From the NCBI RefSeq assembly GCF_009914755.1, contig NC_060930.1: a stretch of DNA of 64,000 nt; one strand, 5' to 3'. This DNA comes from the human T2T-CHM13v2.0 reference genome, Homo sapiens. The translations under genes and the position numbers were made by a program. The notes beneath the pieces are model-generated. The model saw nothing but the letters and a program-made list of their open reading frames with translations, was not told where the DNA came from and made no database searches. This document shows, piece after piece, positions 1 to 12,281 of the stretch. Numbering within the stretch: the stretch's first letter is position 1; every line of letters starts with the position of its first letter.

Positions 1-1593
1 TCTAGAAAATATAATATGATATATAGAGGGCAACCTAATCTTTCACAGTTTGATAGGGCTTTGAAAGATATAAATCTTTAGAACCTACTTTTTTATTCCT
101 TAATAAAATTAAGTCTAGAGTCAGCCTTGCAGTTGTTGTTGAGAAAAACATTATGTAATATGTGATATAGAAATTAACCATGACCTTGCCTAGACTATAA
201 TGATGTAGCATTAATTTTTTATTCTATTTTAGAGATAAAAATTAAGCAATGGTCAGTATATTCTTGTGAATTCCTTCCTAAAGGTATGATGGTTTTAATT
301 ATGATGGTCTTCTGACAGAATGCTCTAAACTCAAGTCAATTATTAAAATGCTGCTTCTGGTAAAACATATATACATTCGTGTACCTTAGTGATAATCACA
401 CTGGGACAATTCAGATTGAAAATGTGTACCACCTGCTTCTATTTGAGTTATAAATTAAGGTTCAAATACCATAAATAAGAATGCTGAATCACATTGGCAG
501 GTGATATTGTCAAATGGATACACTCCCTTTTTTCTTATATTTCCATTATGTTGCATATAGACACAGCTTCATAGTCAGAGACTTATCCTTTTCTACTATT
601 TTTATACTAACTTTATAGCTATAATTACTCTTGGCCATGGGTTTCAGAATGGCATTAACTTCTTGCAAGCTGTTATTAAGTAATATCAGGAAGCCAAATC
701 ATTCTCAGTTCAATTTCCAGTAGAGGTAATCCTCTCTCATTTAACTGACTAGTAAATTGGAAAGAAAAAAAAAGCCTACAACCTAACAGCATGAGATTAA
801 GTGTAATGAAAATATGCCAGATATTTGTATAAAATGACAAATGTTGGTTTTTGGATATTTGGTTCCCATTAAATTTAACATATATTACTTGAGACAAATG
901 TCAATATTTGGCATATTTATCAACGTAAATTGAGGAGTTTGGTCTGTCTTTACTCAAAATATTTTACATGCTTTGGGCAGGACAAGGAGAGTCTCTGTTT
1001 ACTCAATAAATTTTCCATTTCTAAAAGCTGAATTTCATTTTTTAAATAACTGACTGTATAGGCTATTTATAAAACATTTTTTTCTTAAGTCTGAGGTTTA
1101 GGAGAAAATATTAGTCTTATTATTTAATGCCCAACATTTAATTTTCACTAAGCAAGAAGAGTAAATAAAATTTTTAAATAAGTTAATAACTAACTATGTT
1201 CTGTCATGCAAAGTTTGAAATGTATTATTTCACCATGTACCCAATAACAATTACACCTAAAAATAAAACAAACTCATGTCATGGGGGTTTGTTGTACAGA
1301 TTATTCTGTCACTCAGGTATTAAGTCTAAAATCCAATAATTACTTTTTTGTTCCTCTCCCACCTCCCACCCTCAGATAGGCCCTAGTGTCTGTTTCTTCC
1401 ATCTTGTTGTCCATGTGTTCTCATCATTTAGCACCCGCTTCTAAGTAAGAACATGTGGTATTTGGTTTTCTGTTCCTATATTAGTTTGATAAGGATAATG
1501 GCCTCCAACTCCATCAAATTTTCTGCAAAACATATGATCTCATTCTTTGTTATTGGTGCATAGTGTTCCATGGTATATATGTGACACATTTTC

Positions 1594-1797
1594 TTTTTTT
1601 TTAACTTTTATTTTAAGTTCAGGGATACCAGTGTGGGTTTATTACATAGGTAAACTTGTGTCATGGAGGTTTGTTATACAGATTATTTCATTGCCCAGAT
1701 ATTAAGCCTAGTGCCCATTAGTTATTTTTTCTAATTCTTTCCCTCCTCTCACCCTCTACCCTCCGTAGACCCCAGTGTGTTTTCCCCTCTATGTGTC
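1594..1797 (-). mobile_element. Nested 5'-truncated L1PA (L1PA13-like) 3' end
   Basis: Poly-T followed by AACTTTTATTTTAAGTTCAGGG...CCCCTCTATGTGTC interrupts the host L1 at CACATTTTC|TTTATCCAG. Confidence 0.85.
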
Positions 1798-2072
1798 TTT
1801 ATCCAGTCTACTAGTGATAGGCATTTAGCTTGATTCCATGTCTTGGCTATTGTGAATAGTTCAATGAATGCATGCATGCATGTGTCTTTATGATAGAACA
1901 ATTTATATTTCTTTGGGTATACACTTAGTAATGATATTGCTGTTTCAAGTGGTAGTTCTGTTTTCAGCTCTTTGAGGAATTTTCATACTACTTTCCACAT
2001 TGTTTGAACTAATTTACACTCCCAACAGTGCATAAACATTCCTTTTTCCTCTGAAACCTTGACAACATCTGG

Positions 2073-2360
2073 TTTTTTTTAATATATTTTCTTTTTTCAT
2101 TATTATTATTATGCGTTAAGTTTTAGGGTACATGTGCACAATGTGCAGGTTAGTTACATATGTATACATGTGCTATGTTGGTGTGCTGCACCCATTAACT
2201 CGTCATTTAACATTAGGTATATCTCCTAATGCTATCCCTCCCCGCTCCCCCCACCCCACGACAGGCACCGGTGTGTGATGTTCCCCTTCCTGTGTCCATG
2301 TGTTCTCATTGTTCAATTCCCACCTATGAGTGAGAACATGTGGTGTTTGGTTTTTTGTCC
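2073..2360 (-). mobile_element. Nested 5'-truncated L1PA4-like 3' end
   Basis: TTAAGTTTTAGGGTACATGTGCACAATGTGCAGGTTAGTTAC...GAGAACATGTGGTGTTTGGTTTTTTGTCC. The host L1 resumes TTTTTTGACTGTTTAATAATAGCC. Confidence 0.9.
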
Positions 2361-3345
2361 TTTTTTGACTGTTTAATAATAGCCATTCTGACTGGCATGA
2401 GACAATATCTCATTGTAGTTCTGATAGTCACTTCTTTAATAGTCAGTGATGTTGAGCTTTTTTACCTATGCCTGTTGGTACATGTATGTCTTATTTTGGA
2501 AAGTGTCTGCTTATTTCCTTTGCTTACTTCTTAATGGGATTTGCTTTTTATTTCTTGTAAATTTGCTTGTTTCTTAAAGATGCTGGATATTAGACCTTTG
2601 TAAGATGCATAGTTTGCAAATATGTTCTATTCTGTAGGTTGTCTGTTTACTCTTTTAGTAGTTGTGGTTTTTGTGCAAAAGCTCTTTAGTTTAATTGGAC
2701 CCCATTTATCAATGTTCGTTTTTATTACAATTGCTTTTGGCATCTTTGTCATGAAATATTTGCCAGTTCCTATGTCAAGAATGATATTGCAGAAGTTGTC
2801 TTCCAGAGTTTTATTGCTTTGGATTCTACATTCACATCCTTAATTTATTTTGAGTTGATTTTTTTTTATATGGTGTAAGGAAGGGGTCCAGCGTCAACCT
2901 TCTGCATATGGCTAACCAGTTGTCCCAGCATCATTTATTGAATAGAGAGTCCTTTCTACATTGGTTTGTCACCGTTTTTGAAGATCAGTTAGTTGTAGGT
3001 GTGTGGCCTTATTTCTCGGCTCTCTATTCTTTTCATTGGTTTCTGTGTCAGATTTTGTACCAGTACCATGCTGTTTTAGTTACTCTACCTCTGTAGTATA
3101 GTTTGAAATCAGGTAGTGTGATGTCTCCAGCTTTGTTCTTTTTGCTTAGGATTACCTTCGTTATATGGGCTCATTTTTAGGTTGTATATGATTTTAAAAT
3201 AGTTTTAATTATTTTCTTTAAGAATGTTGAATGCAGGTTCTCAATCTCTTCTGGTTTGTAAGGTTTCAGCTGAGAGGTCTACTGTTGGTCTGCTGGGCTT
3301 CTTTTTGTAGGTGACCTGTCCTTTCTCTCTAGATGCCTTTAACAT

Positions 3346-3488
3346 TGTTTTTTGTTTTTTTTTAAATAAAAGAAGAAAGAGAAAGAAGAAAGACAGAAAG
3401 AAAGAGGGAGAGGGGAGAGAGAGAGAAAGAAAAGAAAAAGAAAGAAAGAGAGAGAGAGAAAGGAAGGAAGGAAGAAAGAAAGAGAGAG

Positions 3489-3539
<51 letters not shown>

Positions 3540-3975
3540 AAAGAAAGACTTCAGCCGAATTAAATTTAAGTAATTTAAGTGTTTAATTGAACAATGAATT
3601 GGTTGCAAATCGGGCAGCCCCCAGTGTCACAGCAGACTCAGGGAGACTAGTGCAGCCACATGCTGGAAGAATATTTATAGACAAAACAAAAAAAGGGAAG
3701 TTACATACAGAAATGGAAAGTGAGGCACAGAATGGGGGGATTGGTTACAGCTCGGTGTTTGCCTTATTTGAGCACAGTTTGAACACTTGACAGTGTATGA
3801 GTTGTTGACGTATGGCTACTGGGATTGGCCAAGACCCAGCCACTGTTACAGGTGCACACTCCCAAGTTAGTTTCTCAATTTTGTCTACCTATTAAATTAG
3901 GTTGTAGTTTGTCCACAGAGACTCAAATATAGAGGTGCAGAGTCCTTCTCAGGCCATATTGAGTTCATTTTAACA
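3346..3975 (-). mobile_element. MER57-family solo LTR (ERV1)
   Basis: TG...CA ends with a 4-bp TSD ACAT (3342-3345, 3976-3979). The reverse complement begins TGTTAAAATGAACTCAATATGGCCTGAGAAGGACTC, matching the MER57 start. Confidence 0.85.
3368..3548 (+). repeat. (GAAA)n/(GA)n purine-rich microsatellite inside the MER57 LTR end
   Basis: Directly visible; it produces the spurious K/E/R-rich and F/L/S-rich ORFs. Confidence 0.95.
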
Positions 3976-4326
3976 ACATTTTTCTTTCATTTTGACCTTG
4001 GAGAATCTGATGATAGTGTGTGTTGGGAATGACCTTCTTATAAAGTATTTTGCAGGAGTTCTTTGCGTTTTCTGAATTTGGATGCAGATCTCTCTAACTA
4101 ATTTGGGAAAGTTCTCATGGATGATATCCTAAAATACGTTTTCCAAGCTGCTTCCATTCTCCCCATCTCTTTCAGGAAAGTCAATGACTCATAGACTCGG
4201 TGTCTTTACAGAATCCCGTATTTCACAGAAGTTTTGTCTGTTCCTTTTAATTCTTTTCTCTTCATTCTTGTCTGACTATCACATTTCAGAAAGCTAGTCT
4301 TCAAGCTCTGAGATTCTTTCCTCAGC

Positions 4327-4659
4327 TTAGGCAATTCTGCTGTTAATACTTGGATTGCATTGTGACATGTTTGTAGTGGTTCTGAGCTCTGTCAAGTTGG
4401 TTACATTCTTTTCTATACTGACTATATTGTCTGTCAGCTCCTTTATCTTTTTATTGTGACTCTTAGCTTCCTTAGATTGCGTTTGAACATTCTCCTGGAA
4501 CTCAGTGATCTTCATTTCTATCCATATTGTAAATTCTATCTCTGTCATTTCAGTCATCTTAGCACAGTTTAGAACCTTTGCTGGAGGACTATTGTTGTTT
4601 GTAGGAAAGAAGACACTGGCTTTTTTGTTGTCAGAGTTTTTGGGCTGGTTCTTTCTCAT
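4327..4659 (-). pseudogene. L1 ORF1p N-terminal/coiled-coil remnant
   Basis: MRKNQPKNSDN...EMTEIEFTIWIEMKITEFQENVQTQSKE resembles old L1PA ORF1p and lies immediately downstream of the L1 5'UTR. Confidence 0.85.
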
Positions 4660-4969
4660 CTTTGTGGGCTAATGTTTCTCAATCTTCAAAGTTGGAATTC
4701 TTTGAGTATTTTTTGTTTGTTTGTTTTTTAACCTATTTGATGACTTTGGGGGTTTGACTGTGGCATAAGGTGAGTTCAGATGACTGGCTTTATTTCTGGA
4801 AGAATTTAGGAGGCCAAAGCTCAGCTTAGGAACCCTGACCTCTGTACTCTATCTTTGGGGAACTGGTATAGGGCCCCTGCTTTGACCTCTGGCTCCTCAA
4901 TTTAGGAACTTCCTGTGCTAGAACAGCCAAGGCCCTCTTGGACTGCTGGGCACAACATTCCAAAAGTAG

Positions 4970-5513
<544 letters not shown>

Positions 5514-6724
5514 TGACAACAATGGCAGTGCAGCAAGGGGAGGGGTATGGGGTGCACTCACTCAAGCAGCAGTGACATGGCAGGGTGCACATTCACATCC
5601 ATGTTGGTGGAGAAGGAAATGTCAGGCCTTCCTATGCACACACACACCAGCAAAGTGATGGGGGGGTGGCTGTGGGTGAGTGCATGTAGCATAGAGAGGC
5701 TGCAGTGGGAGAAAGATGCTGGTGGGTCCCTTGTGGCTGTTCTGCCGGAGCACTCTGCCAGTCAGGCATGATCTGCTAGTCCAGGAGCCATGATGTAGGC
5801 ACAGGAAGTACTTGGCGGCGGGGGGGTGCTGCACTGCAAGAAGCTGAGGGCTTGCTGGGACCCCGGGAGAGGCCAGCAGACTGAGAGATGCTCAAGTTTT
5901 ACTGGCCCGGTCTGATGGGCAAGATCGTCCTGCTGAGTTCAGGTCTGATACTTTTCCTAGGGCTAAAGTCTCCTATGGAAGCAAGTCTAGCCTAAGGGGA
6001 TGGTGACCCCGGCTGCGCTCCACTACAGGCACCCCAACACCAAACACTCTGGCTCTGCTGCAGCTGGAGTTTTGCCTCTATCACTTCTCTGAACAGCTCT
6101 ACCTGAGAATTCAAGTGTATATGGTGGTCAAGGGGTTTCCACCTGTTGGGATTCCAGAGGCCCACGGTGGCTTGCCTGCTCAACTCACCCCTGCCCCAGG
6201 AGTTGCTGCGGGCCAGGAATGAGTCATGGTGTGTGATAGCCTGATGCATGGTTCCCAGCTTCCTCCCACTTCAGCCCAGCATCTTTGTCTTCCCTCTGTT
6301 CGCTCTCAATTCCTTCCCTCTGAAGATCTGCTAGGGGTGCACCAGTCTTCCCAATGCCCAGTTTCTGGGTGGGAGAGGTTCCTTCTGGCTGCTTCCAGTC
6401 AGCCATTTTGCTCCCTCTAAAAATTACACTCTCATATGCTGGAATGTATGCTTATGTTCATGTACCAGTTATCAGGACATGTAAGTAAAATATATTTTAA
6501 TTGATATACATTCAAAACAAATTATAATTTCTATATAAAGCATGATATAGGCAGCTCTTTTAAGTAAATTTCTTAAATTGCTAAAAAATTATACTAACCA
6601 GATATTTGTGTAATATATAATTCAGAACATAATAAAGTCATGTTTAAAAGCTATATACAAAATAAAATTGTATTTTATTTTGTTTTTTAACTGAGGCTTG
6701 AGAAATTCCATTTAATCATTTATT

Positions 6725-6848
6725 TTTTAATTATTTTTCGATTGAGAAGTAAAAACTAAATATTTATGGTTATAACATGATGTTTTAATATATGTTTACA
6801 TTGTGAAATGGATAAATCAAGCTAATTAACACATACATTGCTCACATA
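6725..6848 (-). mobile_element. L1MA (L1MA8/9-like) 3' end fragment
   Basis: ACATGATGTTTTAATATATGTTTACATTGTGAAATGGATAAATCAAGCTAATTAACACATACATTGCTCACATA is typical of an L1MA 3' terminus. Confidence 0.7.
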
Positions 6849-9800
6849 AAAATTTAAATTAGGGAATTTTTAATGATAAAAAATATTATTGAATATATTA
6901 TGTATTAATATATTTCTCCAGTGTATTTAAAATGGGATGTGAATATATTTAAACATCCAAAGGAATGCAATTGTGATATTGAATACAATCACTGCTTGTT
7001 AGTGAACTCAGAGATTCAAACTATTGTCTGAGCTGGCCTTTTCTAGAGTACCTTGTTTTTATCATTCTAGTTGTTTTTTCTTCATTGATTCTTTTTTTAA
7101 TGCCACTGTGCTATGTATCCTCAAACTGTCTACAGTAGAAAGATCAAATCCTTTGATTTAAACTGAATTTCTTTCTTTGATTTGTACTACTCAAAGAAAT
7201 CTTTATTAATACACATATTTATTTATATATCTGTTACTTTATTTCAAAGATTTCATTATTTATTTTAGAAGTTTTAGACATTGACTTTCCTAAAAATTTC
7301 TGTTCAGATCTGTGTAGTTTGTTACTCTGAAACTCCTGGTGTAGAACCTGTTCTTCATATATGACTTATTTCATGGTTACATAAAAAGTATGAAAACAGT
7401 TATATATGCTTTTGGAATTAAGAAAATGAGATTGAGATGATCTCAGAGAAAGTATCCTCGGCATCATTGGTTATTAATGGTATCACCGACAATTGTTACG
7501 AACATCCTATGCCTTGAGCAGCTAGGAATTTTTTAGTTTAAGCCAATGAAAACCATGTGTCTTTGGACAACATCTTAATGTAGGAAAGTGAACTTCTTAT
7601 CACAGTTTGACATTCATGAGAAATATCTGATAACCGTAAATCATAATGACTGACCATATGTCCAGTTATTTCTTCAAAATTTGTTTTATAGTTTCTGGAG
7701 CATGAATAAACAATAAATCTGGAGTTCAGTAAATTGTGAGCATAATAAAATATATAGCAATTTAAATCCAACAAAATTTTATATTCAGAGAAAAGTGGGA
7801 GAATCCAGTTTAAGGTTTCTGTTTAAAACGAGCAGTTAAATGTTTTTTTAAAGTCCTTATAGTCCACTGTTTATAGATACTTCTTTAGCCAAGAGTCCAC
7901 TCTATAGCAGAGATTTCTGGTTATGAAAGTTCTAAAAACAAGAATAAAAATGAAAAAAGCAAAGGACAAAATGTATATTTTAGACTCCAAATCTCTTCTG
8001 ACATAATTCTGCCAGCATGCTGCAAGACTAAAAATGTCGAGAGGAAAAGACACGGTGTTATCTCCTTTTTCAGAAAAGTTGCCATTTCTTTGTATTTCCT
8101 ACAAATACATTTTTGATTATATAATAACAGCCAGTGCAAAAATAAGATGTTCCTTACAGCTAACTTTTCTAGAAAGTTTCTATTCATTAAACAAAAATAT
8201 TTTAAAATCATGCAAGGTAAAAAGCATACAGGTGGGTAGTGTGTTTGCTAGTAGCAGATGCAGCCCTTAAAAATGGCAGATCCACAATAAACTGCAGTTG
8301 GAAAGGCAGAGCTGGTAACATATAACACATTTACCTGGGACTTATTTCCCCATATAAAGTAAGTAGTACATATAAATTATTTTCACATATAAAGTAGCAG
8401 CAGTGTCAGCAGTCCCTCAAACATAAAGGATCCTCATAGAGATTGTGATGAACAGCATCAGGCAGTGTGGTCTCTTTTCATATTGGAAACCAGTATATTT
8501 TAGCTCTGCCATATCTGTAGGACTTAGTTCCATATTCAGAATCCTTTTAAAGCTGTGAAGCATTCTCTTGATTTTTCTATTATAGTTCTCCCATCAAACA
8601 ACCCCACATAGCTAAAGCCCAAAGGAATCTGAGTCTTTATGTCAAGATTAACTTGTGCTCATCCAGAAAGTAGAACTACAGGACAGGCTTTGAAATAGTC
8701 TTTCAGGAGTTATTACATGTTGATACTGGTTTCCTGGAGGCACAAGCTCAGGAGGAAAAGCAGTTGGTGTTTGATGGTTTTATAAGTGACACTGAGCTCT
8801 AATTTGAATGAGCCAGAGGTAGCATATCAACTTGCTCTAGGCACATCAGATATGCAGACGTGAACCCACCATGACTGTCAGCAGAACAGTGAAGAGGGCC
8901 TTCTGACTCACCAACAGGGCTTTGCTAGCATGCATTGTATTGCAGATAATCATCCAAATTTTGGTAAGAATGATGGAATCACTAGGAACTCCCTACTCCT
9001 ACTTCCATTTAACAAGTATTGCAGAACGATTTTTCAGTTAGTTCCTACCACAAAAGCCCTCTCACTAGCAGAGATGCATTCCAGAAAGAGAGCTTAGAAG
9101 GGTGAAAGGTGCAACACCATTAAAATATGCTGCAAAATACATGTTTGTAGTCTCCAAGGTTGTCAGATGAAAGACTTTGAGTTAAATTTCCATTAAGGCA
9201 GAGCTTGGTAACACCATTATCTGAGAGAGCCATTTAGATGATGTGATCTGATATAGTAGAGCCGAATGCAATTCCAGCAGAAGAAATGTGCTTTCTGCAG
9301 TGTGCAACAGCCATAAGCTGGGCTGGGTTCCTCCAGCAGAGGCAACTGGCTTGGCTGAAGAATGGACTTAATGTGCAAATTGGGTGTGCTGATCAGAGAT
9401 AGAACTGTTTAGCCGGCTCATTCCTCAGCACAGTAATATAGTCTTAGAAAAAGCATCACTTCAATTTGGAATGAAACTAAAAGTTTTTGTGTTTGCAGTG
9501 TTTTCACACTGCAATGCTGAGTCTCTCCCTGTCTCAGTCAATTCTACTTCTTATGCTCCTCATTGCAAACAAGGAAAACAACAAAAACAATCCCACATAT
9601 GATTTATAGTGGTTATGAATCTTTTTAGCACATGTGATATGCTCAATTTTATTCTAGCAACTTGTAAATAAATAAATGAATATACAAGTGGGTAAATGAA
9701 TGAATGAGTGAATGAAAATATCCCAAATACTTTGATGTTGCTATTCACCTGCCCTAAATCTCAAGGTCTGACCTGAAAGGTTTGTGCATTTTCCCAAAGC

Positions 9801-9984
9801 ATCTAATGCTTCCCTTGCAACAGAATCCAAAGAAGGGCATTTGCCTGTAGCAAATACTAAATCAATATGCTCTGACTCATTTTTGTAACCCTTATTGTCC
9901 TCCTTTATGCATCTTATTTTCAGTTGTATCCTTAAGGTAGTTTTTCTTCTATGCTCCAATAAGTACATCCTATATAACCCATCA

Positions 9985-10140
9985 CCACTTTCTTAACACT
10001 TTCCTCAATGTACTGTAACCATGGGTTTCTTTGTTCCTTTTTCTGCTAGAATTAAAAAATTCAGAGGTCAGAGATTATTTATTTTTGTACATTTTGACTG
10101 TCACATAAAAGCTGCCCAGTAAATATTTCTTGAATGAAAA
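9985..10140 (+). mobile_element. L2 3' end fragment
   Basis: Degenerate CTGCTAGAATT...GAGGTCAGAGATTATT...CAGTAAATATTTCTTGAATGAA L2 tail. Confidence 0.5.
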
Positions 10141-10939
10141 TTGAAAGACAAATCTAAGCATAGATACATAATAGCTTGACTGGGAACTGGAAATTTCAGA
10201 GTGCATTTGTTTTGTTCATTGAAAAGAAGAGCAATGGGCAGCACCACTTAATTAATCAGTATAGATTTATTACTGTGCATGCTCTACAGAGACTAGCAAC
10301 AGGCTAAGCCCCAGGTGCAGGGCAATGAGTTGGCTGATTTTCTCCTGCTCCAATGTTAGCCCATCATCCTTCTTATCCCAAAAGGGAGGCTAATAAATTA
10401 TGATAGTATGACAGCTACTTCTGCCCACTGTTAAGCATGTCATAAGTTGTTACATCATAGCTATATTGAATAAAAACCTCTGTAGTTTTAAAATGTTATA
10501 AAATCTGAATAAACACACACTTTTTAGGAGTTATTTTTGTATAAGCAGAGCTGTTTTAATTGTGAAAGAGAATGTGATATGAGTGACTCAAAAATAAAAT
10601 CTTATATCAGAATAACTCCCTCAGTGACCCTATCTAAAACTGTGACCTAAATATTCAACTTAAATTAGAAAAATAAGGTTTAAATGCAAGTGATATAAGA
10701 AAGAGCTAATGATGTGTGACATTATCAGTCCCACCTATCTAAGCTTAAATTATGAACAAAGACATACAAGGTTGAAAGGGATATTAGAGATGACAACACT
10801 GAAATACGAGCAAGTAGAATCGTATTTTTCATTGCCACATGATATTGAGGAACAGATAAGACTACAACACAAATATGTTAATATCTAATAAAAAAATTTA
10901 TCCAAGCTAAGCACAAACACAGAATAGGAAAATATATGT

Positions 10940-11097
10940 GGGATGTAGAATCAGAATGTCCTAGCTCTTATGCTAGGTGGCTCATTTACTGCCTGTGTAA
11001 TATAAAATTTCTGAGCCATAGTTTTCTCACCTATACTATAAAGATATATTCAACTTCAAAATATTTATAAATATTAAATAAGATAATTTATATGAAT
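10940..11097 (+). mobile_element. MIR
   Basis: Core-like CATTTACTGCCTGTGT...TTTCTGAGCCATAGTTTTCTCACCTATA...ATTAAATAAGATAAT. Confidence 0.55.
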
Positions 11098-11099
11098 TT

Positions 11100-11312
11100 T
11101 ATATAAAAAAGCATACATATACATATGTATATGTATGTATGTATATATGTATATGTGTCTGCATAATTCAGAAATTATAAAAAAATATTATATATTATAA
11201 TTTCTGAATTATGTATGCATATGCACATATACATACAAACATATATGTGTGTACATACAAATTCTATGGAAATATAAATACATATATACATACACACACA
11301 CACACATATATA
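11100..11312. repeat. TA/TG/CA low-complexity tract containing a perfect 19-bp inverted repeat
   Basis: CATAATTCAGAAATTATAA (11162-11180) and TTATAATTTCTGAATTATG (11195-11213). Confidence 0.85.
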
Positions 11313-11444
11313 TGGTATTATAATGTCTGAAGCCAAATTATATGAAACCAATTTTTCCCTTCTTAAAATATTGCCTTCAGTGTTGTCTTTTGTATAAAAA
11401 ATATAACAGTCTATTTATTTAACAAATTCCTTCATAAACATGAA

Positions 11445-12000
11445 TTTCAGTGATTTGGTAAGTTACTTATTATTAATAAGCCCTATATCCTTTCTCTGTA
11501 AAAATTTAATTATAATATTTTCTCCTTCAGTATTCGATATTGTTTGGTTGTGTCCCCACCCATATCTCATCTCGAATTGTAGTTCCCATAATCCCCACGT
11601 GTCATGGGAGGGACCTGGCAAAACGTAATTTAATCATGAGTGAGGTTATCCTTATACTGTTCTCATGATAGTGAGTGAGTTCTCATGAGATATGATGGTT
11701 TTATAAGGAACTTTTGCCCGTTTTGCTCAGCATTTCTCTCTCCTGCCACCATATAAAGAAGTATGTGTTTGCTTCCCCTTCCACCAGGATTGTAAGTTTC
11801 CTGAGGCCTCCCCAGCCATGCTGAACTGTGTGTCAGCTAAATCTCTTTCCTTTATAAATTACCGAGTCTGGGGTATGTCTTTATTAGCAGAATGAGAACA
11901 GATTAATACAGTATTTTTATAAGAATTAAATAATGTTGTGCACAAAAAATATACCTAGGATTTGTCTAGTGAATAGTAAAGGCTAACCAAATATTAGGCT
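11445..12000 (+). mobile_element. MIR split by a THE1C insertion
   Basis: GTGATTTGGTAAGTTACTTA...TTTCTCTGTAAAA lies before the LTR and TAAGAATTAAATAATG...ATAGTAAAGGCTAACCAAATATTAG after it. Confidence 0.55.
11535..11910 (+). mobile_element. THE1C solo LTR (ERVL-MaLR)
   Basis: (T>C)GATATTGTTTGGTTGTGTCCCCACCC...GAGAACAGATTAATACA with a 5-bp TSD GTATT (11530-11534, 11911-11915). Confidence 0.92.
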
Positions 12001-12226
12001 TCTTCCTATTCCTTTTGTTTTTGAATTTGTGGCTGTTGATTTTCATTGTGGTGATAGCCTCAAGCTTTTCCAACTTTCAGCGTGATTATTTTGTATAGCT
12101 CAGAGAGGAAGCGTTTATCCCATTTTATGGGTATTTGGTGTCTAAGGTCAGACTCTACATGGAGAAAGTAGTAATCAATCTGAAGAATCTTAAGCAGTAA
12201 AGAAATGTCAGTATAATGGGTTACTG

Positions 12227-12281
12227 AAGCCCTCTGTGCACAATGATCTGGATGGCATTTCGCTGTCTCCTGCCTCTATCA
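12227..12281 (-). mobile_element. 55-bp remnant of the MER61 3' LTR
   Basis: AAGCCCTCTGTGCACAATGA...CTGTCTCCTGCCTCTATCA matches the end of the LTR at 18898-18957 and abuts the reverse-complement PPT (TTTTCCTCTC). Confidence 0.85.

Noticed and set aside
3311-3608. K/E/R-rich and F/L/S-rich ORFs
   Set aside because: Translations of the (GAAA)n microsatellite.
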